This document shows, piece after piece, positions 22,187-31,520 of a stretch of 64,000 nt of DNA (position 1 is its first letter; each line of letters opens with the position of its first letter). The DNA comes from Acidimicrobiia bacterium (GTDB lineage: Bacteria; Actinomycetota; Acidimicrobiia; Spongiisociales; UBA11373): contig JBBDMM010000012.1 of NCBI GenBank assembly GCA_040878325.1, positions 124,001 to 188,000 on the forward strand, written 5' to 3'. The translations under genes were made by a program, and so were the position numbers. The notes below the pieces were generated by a model. The model was given only the letters and a program-made list of their open reading frames with translations, searched no databases and was not told the origin of the DNA.

Positions 22187-22564
22187 ATGCACCCCCACCG
22201 CCCGCTAGTGCTCGCAGGTGCAGTGTTCGGGGTGCTCGCCCTCTTTCTCCCCTTCGCCAGGCTGCCGGTGCTCGGCGCCATCGACGGCATCGCCGGTGAC
22301 GGATGGCCTGCGGTGGTGATTGCCGCCCCGGTGGTGGTCAAGGCGGCCTGGGGTGACTGGAGCCGCGGCAACTCCCCGGTGATCGGGATCACGCTGACGC
22401 TGGTCGGTTGCCTCGCCACGGTGTTCGCCGCGGTGAAGTTGACGGACGCCATTCACGCCGTAACGGGTCTCGAGGGTGCGGCGCTGGGCCCGGGGGCCCC
22501 CCTGCTGGTGGGGGCAATGGCACTCGTGGCGGCGGGCGCGGCGATTTCGCTCTGGCGGCCCTGA
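22187..22564 (+). CDS. Hypothetical 4-TM membrane protein, apparent paralog of upstream gene
   Basis: Hydrophobic 125 aa; shares spaced motifs with 21359-22144. Confidence 0.72.
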   Translation: MHPHRPLVLAGAVFGVLALFLPFARLPVLGAIDGIAGDGWPAVVIAAPVVVKAAWGDWSRGNSPVIGITLTLVGCLATVFAAVKLTDAIHAVTGLEGAALGPGAPLLVGAMALVAAGAAISLWRP

Positions 22565-22587
22565 CGGCCAATACTCGACGGCCCGTC

Positions 22588-23451
22588 ATGGCGTATGCCG
22601 CCCTGGCGGTGGCATCCCTTCTGTTCGGAGTCACCTTCGTGGTGGTCAAGGATGCGGTCGAGATCGTCCCGCCGCTGAGCTTTGTAGGGTGGCGGTTCCT
22701 TCTTGGAGCGAGTCTGCTCTTCGCGATCCGACTCCCCACGGGGCGGCGGGTCTGGCGCGACGGCTCGATCGCCGGCGTGCTGCTATTCGCCGGATACGCC
22801 CTGCAGACGCAGGGATTGACCGCCACATCGGCTTCCAACTCCGGGCTGGTGACCGGCCTCTACGTCGTCCTGACGCCGCTGCTAGCAGCGGCCGTCGGTC
22901 GGCGTACCCCCCGCGGCATAGTTCTCGCGGGCGCGGCGCTCGCCGTCTCCGGGTTCGGCGTGCTGACCATCGGCGATGGCTTTCGACTCGAGGCAGGGGA
23001 CGCCTACACGGCGGGGTGCGCCGTGGCTTTCGCCGCTCATATCGTCTTCCTGGCACGCAGGGCCCACCAACACCCGGTCCTCTCGTTCACCGGCGTGCAG
23101 TTGGCTGTCACTGCCGTGCTCGGCCTCGCCGCCTCCGGGCTGGTGGAGGGCGTCGGAACACCGCCACGAGCGTCGTGGGCGGCGATCGCGATCACCGGCA
23201 TCCTCGTCAGCGCCGGAGCCTTCTACCTGCAGGTGTGGAGTCAGACGGTGGTGGGGCCCTCGAGGACCGCGATCGTGCTGGCGCTCGAACCGGCGTTCGC
23301 GGCACTATCTGGCGCCGTGCTGCTCGGCGAACGCCTCGGCAGTCGCGGCCTGGTGGGGGCCGCGCTCATCCTCGGGGGGATCTATGTCGTCCTCGCCGGC
23401 ACCGGTCCTGAGGACGACCTGGAGACCATTGCAGTCGGCGCACCCCGCTGA
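22588..23451 (+). CDS. DMT/EamA family transporter
   Basis: FGVTFVVVK, WRFLLG, QTQGL, LALEPAFAA, LLGERL. Confidence 0.92.
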   Translation: MAYAALAVASLLFGVTFVVVKDAVEIVPPLSFVGWRFLLGASLLFAIRLPTGRRVWRDGSIAGVLLFAGYALQTQGLTATSASNSGLVTGLYVVLTPLLAAAVGRRTPRGIVLAGAALAVSGFGVLTIGDGFRLEAGDAYTAGCAVAFAAHIVFLARRAHQHPVLSFTGVQLAVTAVLGLAASGLVEGVGTPPRASWAAIAITGILVSAGAFYLQVWSQTVVGPSRTAIVLALEPAFAALSGAVLLGERLGSRGLVGAALILGGIYVVLAGTGPEDDLETIAVGAPR

Positions 23452-23457
23452 CGGGCA

Positions 23458-23763
23458 TCAGGGGCGATGCGGTTTCCGCCCGAATTCTGCCGCCGCACCC
23501 TCGGCCTCGCGTCGTTGCTCTATGAGAGACCGAATGTGAAAGGCTGCGCGGAGCAGCATCAGCAGGAGAAGGAGCACCACGACGAGCAACCCGACCAGCT
23601 CCGGGCCATCGAAGTACGAGGTGCGGCACGATCCGAGACCGTCGGTGCACAGCCCCAGGCCGTCCCCGCCACCGGCAAGGTCCAACAGGGCGAACATCGG
23701 CACCAGGGCGATCAGCACGATTGCCCCGATGACGATCCCGATCACGATCCGAATGCCGGTCAC
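23458..23763 (-). CDS. Hypothetical 2-TM membrane protein with Cys pair in loop
   Basis: Two hydrophobic helices flanking LCTDGLGSCRT; start uncertain. Confidence 0.6.
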   Translation of the reverse strand: MTGIRIVIGIVIGAIVLIALVPMFALLDLAGGGDGLGLCTDGLGSCRTSYFDGPELVGLLVVVLLLLLMLLRAAFHIRSLIEQRREAEGAAAEFGRKPHRP

Positions 23764-23877
23764 TCCGGGGACGGTATCAGCCTGCGGCTCCAAGCTTCTT
23801 GTTCGTCGGCGGCTCACTTGCCCCACCATCGGCCGCGGTGATACCGTCGCAACGGTGGCGAATTACATGGGTGTGAG

Positions 23878-25554
23878 ATGACTGCGACGACCAGGCATCT
23901 GGTCGGGGCTCTGCCCCCGGTCGGGTACCACACAGAGGCGTTCACGCCCGACGAGACCGCGGTGCTCCAACGTTTCTTCACCAACACCACCGAGCCGGTG
24001 GTCGGGCTCGTCAATCTCCCCGAAGTCGTCAAAGGCGCGCTGTTCGCCCGCTACAGCCGCTCTCCCAAGTCGGTGAGGCGACTGTTTCTCGATGAGTTCT
24101 ACGACGCCCCGGAGGTGGGGATCGCGGCGATAGCCGCGGGACTCGAGGGCGACGACGAGCGGATCAAGCTGGGTCGGGCCGAGGACCTCTACAACCGGGT
24201 CTTCACGCAGTACGGCGACGATTCCGTGGCGCAGCTCGGCGGGGTGCACCTCGCCTGCGAGCAGGCCTCCAACATTCTCACCAAGGTCCTCGAACGGGGA
24301 CGGCTGGCGGCGTATCTGGAGCAGAGCACGCGGTACATGTTCTACGACCAACGCCTCGGTGGGCGCTATCGATTTCTCATCCCCCCCGAGGTCGCCATCT
24401 CTCCGCTGGCAGCGGAGTACTCGTCGACGATGGAGCGCCTGTTCGACACCTACGCCGGGCTGACCGGGCGACTTACCGCGTACTATGAGTCGTTGTTCCC
24501 CAAGTCATCAGATGATTCCGACTTCGTCTACCGGTCGACGATCAGGGCGAGGGTCTGTGACGATCTGCGCGGCTTGCTACCCGCGGCCACGCTGTCGAAC
24601 GTCGGAATCTACGGCACGGGACAGGCGTACGAGATGCTGCTGCTTCGCATGCGGGCCAACCCCACCGCCGAGGTGCGCCAGGTGGCCGACCGAATGCTGA
24701 CGGAGCTCCGGAAGCTGATTCCCGCCTTCCTCGTCCGGGTGGACAATCCGGAACGGGGCGGGGCGTGGAGTCGATACCTAGAGGACACCGCAGCCCGGAT
24801 GCGCGAGGTGGCCGGAGAGATGTCCGAGCCGGTGCCGGCGCGCCCCGAGGTGACCCTGGTCGAGTGGGATACCGATGCCGAGACCAAGATCGCCGCGGCC
24901 GCGCTCTATTCCTACACCGATCTGCCGGACGACCGTCTCCTCGAGATGGCGCGGCAGATGGCGGCGGAGGATCGGTCGAGGGTCATCGCCGCCTACGTTG
25001 GCGACCGCGAGAACCGCCGCCACAAACCCGGTAGAGGGATGGAGCGGGTCGCCTACCGGTTCGACATCCTGTGTGACTACGGAATCTTCCGAGATCTCCA
25101 ACGCCATCGCATGCTCACCCTCGACTGGCAGCGGCTCGGAACTCTCCACGGGTACGTGGTGCCTGAGTCCATCATCGACGTCGAGGCGGAAGGGGCGTGG
25201 CATGAGGCAATGGCCCGTGCCGAGGCGCTCCACGGGGAGATGACGTCATCCCTCGGAGCCGAACTCGCCCAATTCGCGGTGCCGTTCGCGTACCGCATCC
25301 GGTTCTTCATGCACCTCAACGCCCGCGAGGCATTCCACCTGCTCGAATTGCGAACCGCCGAGGGCGGGCACCCCGACTACCGGCGGGTCTGCCAGGAGAT
25401 GCACCGGTTGATACGTGATCAGGCGGGGCATCGGGCCATCGCCGATGCCATGCGCTTTGTCGATCATGGCGACCACGGCCTGGGCCGGCTCGCCACCGAG
25501 CGCCGGGCCGCAGCCAAGCGAGCCGCGGCTGGAGTCGCCGATCCCGACGACTGA
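23878..25554 (+). CDS. thyX: FAD-dependent thymidylate synthase, long two-domain form
   Basis: ALFARYSRS, YGDDSVAQL, EQSTRY, DLQRHR, NAREAFHLLELRT. Confidence 0.9.
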   Translation: MTATTRHLVGALPPVGYHTEAFTPDETAVLQRFFTNTTEPVVGLVNLPEVVKGALFARYSRSPKSVRRLFLDEFYDAPEVGIAAIAAGLEGDDERIKLGRAEDLYNRVFTQYGDDSVAQLGGVHLACEQASNILTKVLERGRLAAYLEQSTRYMFYDQRLGGRYRFLIPPEVAISPLAAEYSSTMERLFDTYAGLTGRLTAYYESLFPKSSDDSDFVYRSTIRARVCDDLRGLLPAATLSNVGIYGTGQAYEMLLLRMRANPTAEVRQVADRMLTELRKLIPAFLVRVDNPERGGAWSRYLEDTAARMREVAGEMSEPVPARPEVTLVEWDTDAETKIAAAALYSYTDLPDDRLLEMARQMAAEDRSRVIAAYVGDRENRRHKPGRGMERVAYRFDILCDYGIFRDLQRHRMLTLDWQRLGTLHGYVVPESIIDVEAEGAWHEAMARAEALHGEMTSSLGAELAQFAVPFAYRIRFFMHLNAREAFHLLELRTAEGGHPDYRRVCQEMHRLIRDQAGHRAIADAMRFVDHGDHGLGRLATERRAAAKRAAAGVADPDD

Positions 25555-25611
25555 CGAGGATGGGCCGATCGGCCTTCTAGGCTTGAGTCCCTGCCGACCG
25601 GAGTTGGAGCG

Positions 25612-25833
25612 ATGGCGACATTCGACGTAGATGCCTTCAAGGAGCGCTTTCGGCGACGAGCCGAGGCGGTCAAAGAGCGCGGCGTTCCCCCCCTCGAAGG
25701 TGAAGCGCGTCGCAAGTTCCTCGCCGGGGCGCAACAGGACTTTGTCGACTATTCGCTCGTTGCCGACGCCGCCGTCTCGGTCGAGGACGACGCGCTGGTG
25801 CTGCGAGTCCCCCTCGGCGACCAAGCGGGGTGA
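25612..25833 (+). CDS. Small hypothetical protein
   Basis: GGAG RBS, 73 aa, typical codon usage. Confidence 0.7.
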   Translation: MATFDVDAFKERFRRRAEAVKERGVPPLEGEARRKFLAGAQQDFVDYSLVADAAVSVEDDALVLRVPLGDQAG

Positions 25834-25896
25834 GGTGGGGAGCGAATAGCTCGCCCCCCACCGAAACGACGACGGGCCTTCTCTAACCTCTTTCGC

Positions 25897-26745
25897 ATGC
25901 TTGAACGGCGCCTCCTCATCGTCACCGGCAAGGGTGGGGCGGGCCGGAGCGCGCTGAGCGCCGCCGCCGCCATCCATGCGGCGAAGCACGGCAGGCAAGT
26001 GCTCGCCATCGGCATGACCGACGCCACCGGGCTCGGTTCCCACCTCCGGGTCCCGATCCTGGGCACGCAGCCCGCGTTGGTACGACCCGGACTTCACGCG
26101 CTGGCGGTCGATCCTGCGGCCGCCCTCGACGAGTATCTGCGGCTCCGCCTCAAGGTCCCTCGCTTTGGCCCGGCCACCAGGGCGTTTCGAGTGCTCGCGG
26201 AAACGGTGCCCGGAATCCGGGACACCGTGGTCATGGGCAAGATTCTTTTCGAGGCGACTCGCGATCGGTGGGATCTCGTGGTGGCCGACGCTCCTCCCAC
26301 CGGGCAGGTCATGTCCTACCTGCGCGCCCCGGCGACGATCGAGTCGCTGGTCCCGAGAGGAAGGGTCAAGGAACAGGCCAGTTGGATGCGGATGACCCTG
26401 CATGACCCCGGCGTGACCGGCCTGATGATCACAGCCACGCCTGAGGAACTGCCTGTGGCTGAGACGAAAGAGACGCTGGCCGCCCTCGCCGCCGAGGGCT
26501 TGATCGAAGGCACCGCGGTGGTTGCGAACCGCGTCCTGCCACCCCTCAATATCCCTGAGGAACGCATCGGTCGGGAACCTGCCGGGTCCCGGCGCGACGC
26601 CGCCACGCTCCACCTCGAGCTGGAGGCGGCACAGCGAGTTCATCTCGACCGACTCAAACCCGACATGAGGTTTCCGCTGCTCTTCGGGCTGCGCACTCCC
26701 GGCGAGGTGGCAAGTCGGCTCTCGGAGCTCTGGGGAAACCAATGA
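25897..26745 (+). CDS. ArsA/Get3-related ATPase, subunit with divergent P-loop
   Basis: VTGKGGAGRS, DLVVADAPPTG, PEELPVAET, VVANR. Confidence 0.85.
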   Translation: MLERRLLIVTGKGGAGRSALSAAAAIHAAKHGRQVLAIGMTDATGLGSHLRVPILGTQPALVRPGLHALAVDPAAALDEYLRLRLKVPRFGPATRAFRVLAETVPGIRDTVVMGKILFEATRDRWDLVVADAPPTGQVMSYLRAPATIESLVPRGRVKEQASWMRMTLHDPGVTGLMITATPEELPVAETKETLAALAAEGLIEGTAVVANRVLPPLNIPEERIGREPAGSRRDAATLHLELEAAQRVHLDRLKPDMRFPLLFGLRTPGEVASRLSELWGNQ

Positions 26746-27764
26746 CCACGATCGTGCTGGTGGTGGGGGCAGGCGGAGTCGGCAAGACGACGATGGCCGC
26801 GGCGATCGCCGCCGCCGCGGCGCGCGACGGGGCGAAGACCCTCGTGCTCACGGTGGATCCCGCCCGGCGCCTGGCGGATGCCCTGGGGTTGGAACTGGGA
26901 AACCACCCCACGCCGGTCCCCGGCATCGATGGCCTGGAGGCGGCGATGCTCGACGCCGCGGCCTCCTGGGAGGCGATCGTCCGAACCCACGCCAGCGGCC
27001 CCGTCGCCGACCGACTGGTAGCCAACCCGCTGTTTCGCGCCGTAGCCGACCGGTTCCCGTCGGGTCAGGCATACGCCGCGGCCGAGGAGATGACGACCCA
27101 TGCCGACTCGGGGGTCTGGGACCTGGTGGTGGTGGACACCCCGCCGTCGTCCGGTGGAATCGACTTCCTGGCCTCGCCGCAACGGATGAGAGCGCTGGTG
27201 GCGGGCCGGGCCCTTCGTTGGCTCACCGGGCCCAAGCTCCCAGGCAGACGAGCCGTCTACTCCTTCACCGCCCGGCCCGCGCTTCGCCTCGCCGATGCCG
27301 TGCTGGGGGGTCCTCTGCTGGAAGATGTGGCCGAATTTCTGCTCGATCTGCGCGAAACCTATGACGGCATCTCCAAGCGGTCGCGGCAGGTGGAAACCGC
27401 GTTGCGACGGGCAAAGACCGTGATCGTGACCACTGTAGATCCAACCCCGATTCGGGAGATGGTCCGGTTCTTCGACGAGTTGCCGTCGTGGGCCGGGCGA
27501 CCCCAGGCAGTCGTGTTCAACCGGGCGCTGCCCGCCGCCTGGGCTCACGCCATCACCGACCCCGATGACGCCCTCGATGCCAATTTGGCGCGCTGGGGAT
27601 TCGAGGCCGCCCGGCAGGAGGACATTCGTACGGAGATCTCGCTACGCCATGGGCTCATCCCCATCGTGGTCCCCTGGCTTGCGGAGATGCCGGCCGACCC
27701 CGTGGCTCTGGCAGCCGTCGCCGAGCAGGCAGGGGGTCTCGATCCGGAGAGCCTCACCCGCTAG
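26742..27764 (+). CDS. ArsA/Get3-related ATPase
   Basis: GAGGVGKTT, LTVDPARRLADALG, VVDTPP; ATGA overlap with upstream gene. Confidence 0.88.
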   Translation: MTTIVLVVGAGGVGKTTMAAAIAAAAARDGAKTLVLTVDPARRLADALGLELGNHPTPVPGIDGLEAAMLDAAASWEAIVRTHASGPVADRLVANPLFRAVADRFPSGQAYAAAEEMTTHADSGVWDLVVVDTPPSSGGIDFLASPQRMRALVAGRALRWLTGPKLPGRRAVYSFTARPALRLADAVLGGPLLEDVAEFLLDLRETYDGISKRSRQVETALRRAKTVIVTTVDPTPIREMVRFFDELPSWAGRPQAVVFNRALPAAWAHAITDPDDALDANLARWGFEAARQEDIRTEISLRHGLIPIVVPWLAEMPADPVALAAVAEQAGGLDPESLTR

Positions 27765-27772
27765 GGGGTGCC

Positions 27773-30700
27773 CTAGGTGAGCACGGAGTCGGCGCCCAAG
27801 AGGGCCCGCAGCTCTGCGTATAGAGAACTCCTCGCCTCCACCGTGTGCTCCGGGCCGAGCCGGACCACCTTCTCGGCGGGCTTGCCTTCGAGGTGCAAGT
27901 AGACGGGCGTCGGACCCGGATGGTTCGACAGCACATCCTTGAGTCGATTCACCAGGGTCACCGACATCCGATGGGCGGCGACCCGGAGGCGGACGACGCG
28001 CTCGGCGTCGATGTCGGGCTCGTGAATCTTCTGGGCAATGAACTTGAGGCTGTCGCCCCGCTGGTCGACCCGGCCGGCCACCACCAGTACCGCGTCGTCA
28101 CGTACCAAAGGCCCGGTCTCGGCGACCGTCCGGGGAAACGCCAGCACCTCGACGCTCCCCTCCAGATCCTCGAGCGTGAAATAGAGCATCAACTCACCGG
28201 CGCGGGTGTAGCGGCGGGTGACCGCGCTGACGATTCCGGCGATGCTGGCGACAGTGCCGTCGCGGTGGTCCTCGAGCCCGGCGATCGAAGTGGTCGCCAG
28301 CGCCTTGAGTGCGGTCTCGATTCCGAACAACGGATGATCCGACACGTAGAGGCCGAGCATCTCCTTCTCGAACTGAAGCTTCACCTTCTTGTCCCACTCC
28401 ATGTCGGGGATGTCGATGACCCCGGAGTGGGTCGACGGCTCCTCTGCGCCGAACAACGAGAACTGGCCCATGTCTTCGGCCCGCCGCCGGGTAACCACCG
28501 CTTCGATCATCTGCTCGTGCACCGCCATCAGCCCCTTGCGGGGAGCGCCGGTGGAATCGAACGCGCCCGCTTTGATGAGTGATTCGATGGTGCGCTTGTT
28601 CAAAACCGACAAGTCGACGCGGTCGATGAAGTCCTGGAAGGACTCATAGACACCGTTCTTGCGGCGCTCTTCGGTGATCAGCTCGACCACACCCTCACCG
28701 ACGTTGCGAATCGCCGACAGGCCGAAGGGCACTGCCCCGTCCCGGGCCACGAAGTCCGACTCCGACGCGTTCACGTCGGGTACGAGCACTCGCACGCCCA
28801 TCACCCGGCACTCGTTGAGGTACACGGCGGTCCGGTCTTTGTCGCGCTTGGCCGAGGTGAGCAACGCAGCCATGTACTCGGCGGGATAGTGAGCCTTGAG
28901 CCACGCGGTCTGATAGGCGATCAGCCCGTAGCCGACCGCATGGGGCTTGTTGAAGCCGTATCCGGAGAAATGGGCGATCAGGTCGAAGAGCTCCTTGCCC
29001 AGCTCTCGTGGATGTCCCTGCGCGATGCAGCCCTCGATAAACTGCTGCTCCTGCTCGGTCATCACCGACGCGATCTTCTTGCCCATCGACTTGCGCAGGC
29101 TGTCCGCCTCCTCCATCGAGTAACCGGCGATCAGCGCGGCCACCTGCATCACCTGCTCCTGATACACGATGATCCCGTAAGTGTCGCCGAGCACCTCCTC
29201 CAACGCAGGGTGGAGATGGCCGATGGCGACCCTGCCGTTCTTTCGATCTGCATAGAGGTTGTGAGTTCCTGCACCCATAGGCCCGGGCCGGTAGAGCGAC
29301 AGCAGGGCGACGATGTCGTTGAACCGGTCCGGCTGGAGGTTGCGCATGAGCGACCGCATCCCGGACCCCTCCAACTGAAAGACGCCCATCGAGTCGCCAC
29401 GGGAGAGCATCTCGTAGACACGCGGGTCGTCGAGGGGCACGCCGTCGATGTCGGGCCGTTCGCCTCGCGTCTCCTGAATCAGCTCGAGGCATCGCTCGAT
29501 CGTCGAGAGGTTGCGTAGCCCGAGGAAGTCCATCTTCAGCAACCCGAGACGCTCGATTGCATGCATTTCGAACTGGGTGACGACCTCGGCGTCCTCCCCC
29601 TTCTGCTGGATGGGCACGATGTCCGTGAGCGGGTCCGGGGTGATCACCACCGCAGCAGCGTGGATCGAGTCCTGACGGCGCAACCCCTCGAGCCCCAGGG
29701 CCGTATCGATCACCCGACGGGCATCAGGGTCGGAGGCGTACATCTCGCGCAGCCCCGAGGCGTTGGCATGCGAGTCCCGCAGACCAGAGTCGGCGTCGTC
29801 GGGCAGGTCATCGAGGCACTGCGCCAGGCTCGCCTCCCGGCCGAGGATGGGGGGCGGCATCGCCTTGGCGGTGCGGTCGCCCACGGCGTAGGGATAGCCG
29901 AGAACCCGGGCGGCATCACGCACGGCCTGGCGGCCCTTGATGGTCGAAAAGGTGATGATCTGGGCGACATGGTCGCTGCCGTATCGCTCCGACGCGTAGC
30001 GGATCATTTCGGCGCGGTAACGCTCGTCGAAATCCATGTCGATGTCGGGCATCTCCCGCCGACCGGGGTTGAGGAATCGTTCGAAGATGAGCCCGTACGC
30101 GATCGGGTCGAGATCGGTGATGCGCAGGCAATAGGAGACGATCGACCCGCCCGCCGATCCTCGACCCGGACCCACCCTGATCCCCTGCTCGCGGGCATGC
30201 CGGATCAGGTCCCAGACGATCAGGAAGTAGGCGGGGAAGCCCATCTCGTCGATCACCCGCAGCTCGTACTCGATCCGATCACGGATCTCGGTCGTCAGCG
30301 AATCCCCGTACCGGAACCGGGCGCCCTCCTCGACCAGGTCGCGCAGGTAGGCGTTCTCGGTACGCCCGGCCGGCACCGGGAAATTCGGCAGGAGGATGTT
30401 GCCGAAGTCCATCGTGACGTCGGCCCGCTCGACCACGAGAAGGGTGTTGTCGCAGGCTCCGGGGAAATCCTCGTCGGGGAACAGGCCGCGCATCTGGGCG
30501 GCGGTCTTCACGTAGTACCCCTCGCCCTGGAACGCGAACCGGCCTTCATCACCCATCTGCGCTCCGGTTTGGATGCACAACAGGGCGTCATGCGCCTCGG
30601 CCTCGTCGACCCGGCTGTAGTGGCAGTCGTTGGTGGCAAGCAGTGGCGCCCCCAGTTCCTTGGCGATCGACAGGAGGTCGGGCAGCACCTTCCGCTGCGC

Positions 30701-31285
30701 CGCCACCCCATGGTCCATCACCTCGACGAAGAAGTTGTCCTTGCCGAAGATGTCCTGGTACATCGCGGCGGCCGACACCGCGGCCGTGTAGTCGCGTTGG
30801 CCACCGACATTCCCCTCCTCGGCCGAGGCATCCGGGGCAAGCAGTTGCGGAACGTGTCCCCCGAGACATCCGGTGGTGGCGATCAAACCCTCCGAGTATT
30901 CGCTGAGCAGTTCCCGATCCATCCGGGGCTTGTAATAGAAGCCCTCGAGATACGCCCGGCTCGCCAGCTTGACCAGGTTGCGGTAGCCCTGCTGGGTCAC
31001 CGCGAGGAGAGTGATGTGGTACCGGATGTCATCGCGGCGAGCGGGACGATCGAACCGCGAACCTGGGGTCAGGTAGGCCTCCATCCCGATCACGGGGGTG
31101 ACGCCGGCGGCGGTCGCCTGCTGGTAGAAGTCGACGGCGCCGTACAAGACGCCGTGGTCGGTAAGGCCTACGCCCGGTTGGCCATCCGCCACGACCGCCC
31201 GCATCACATCGGCGACCCGGGCCGCCCCATCGAGCATCGAGTATTCAGTGTGCAGATGCAGATGGGCGAAACCGCGTCCTGACAC
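27773..31285 (-). CDS. dnaE: DNA polymerase III alpha subunit
   Basis: PHP HLHLHTEYSMLDG, GPGRGSAGGS, MPDIDMDF, LLKMDFLGL, YGFNKPH, OB fold. Confidence 0.98.
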   Translation of the reverse strand: MSGRGFAHLHLHTEYSMLDGAARVADVMRAVVADGQPGVGLTDHGVLYGAVDFYQQATAAGVTPVIGMEAYLTPGSRFDRPARRDDIRYHITLLAVTQQGYRNLVKLASRAYLEGFYYKPRMDRELLSEYSEGLIATTGCLGGHVPQLLAPDASAEEGNVGGQRDYTAAVSAAAMYQDIFGKDNFFVEVMDHGVAAQRKVLPDLLSIAKELGAPLLATNDCHYSRVDEAEAHDALLCIQTGAQMGDEGRFAFQGEGYYVKTAAQMRGLFPDEDFPGACDNTLLVVERADVTMDFGNILLPNFPVPAGRTENAYLRDLVEEGARFRYGDSLTTEIRDRIEYELRVIDEMGFPAYFLIVWDLIRHAREQGIRVGPGRGSAGGSIVSYCLRITDLDPIAYGLIFERFLNPGRREMPDIDMDFDERYRAEMIRYASERYGSDHVAQIITFSTIKGRQAVRDAARVLGYPYAVGDRTAKAMPPPILGREASLAQCLDDLPDDADSGLRDSHANASGLREMYASDPDARRVIDTALGLEGLRRQDSIHAAAVVITPDPLTDIVPIQQKGEDAEVVTQFEMHAIERLGLLKMDFLGLRNLSTIERCLELIQETRGERPDIDGVPLDDPRVYEMLSRGDSMGVFQLEGSGMRSLMRNLQPDRFNDIVALLSLYRPGPMGAGTHNLYADRKNGRVAIGHLHPALEEVLGDTYGIIVYQEQVMQVAALIAGYSMEEADSLRKSMGKKIASVMTEQEQQFIEGCIAQGHPRELGKELFDLIAHFSGYGFNKPHAVGYGLIAYQTAWLKAHYPAEYMAALLTSAKRDKDRTAVYLNECRVMGVRVLVPDVNASESDFVARDGAVPFGLSAIRNVGEGVVELITEERRKNGVYESFQDFIDRVDLSVLNKRTIESLIKAGAFDSTGAPRKGLMAVHEQMIEAVVTRRRAEDMGQFSLFGAEEPSTHSGVIDIPDMEWDKKVKLQFEKEMLGLYVSDHPLFGIETALKALATTSIAGLEDHRDGTVASIAGIVSAVTRRYTRAGELMLYFTLEDLEGSVEVLAFPRTVAETGPLVRDDAVLVVAGRVDQRGDSLKFIAQKIHEPDIDAERVVRLRVAAHRMSVTLVNRLKDVLSNHPGPTPVYLHLEGKPAEKVVRLGPEHTVEARSSLYAELRALLGADSVLT

Positions 31286-31353
31286 CGATGCTCCTCAGAG
31301 AATTACAGGCGTGTGAGCAGAGGTTAGTCAGGGTCAGGCAGGGCCCGCCCCTG

Positions 31354-31474
31354 ACCAACCAGCCACCAGTCTCCAGACTCCAGCCAGCCACGCTCTGTCG
31401 GTGGTGGTGAGCGTTCGGCCACTCGAACGGACCGTAACCCGTAGATCCGTCTGGCTGTCGGCTGTGGGCTGTGG
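31354..31474. repeat. Degenerate heptamer arrays in dnaE/DUF2090 divergent spacer
   Basis: accaacc agccacc agtctcc agactcc agccagc (31354-31388) and gctgtcg gctgtgg gctgtgg (31454-31474). Confidence 0.7.
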
Positions 31475-31520
31475 GCCTTCTTACAATGTCGCTCGGACCA
31501 CACCACGGAGTCAACCCATC

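Noticed and set aside
29561..31282. 573-aa plus-strand ORF
   Set aside because: Antisense shadow of dnaE.
27773..31285. Intein in dnaE (also checked polA and uvrB)
   Set aside because: Lengths are normal and no intein terminal motifs were seen.
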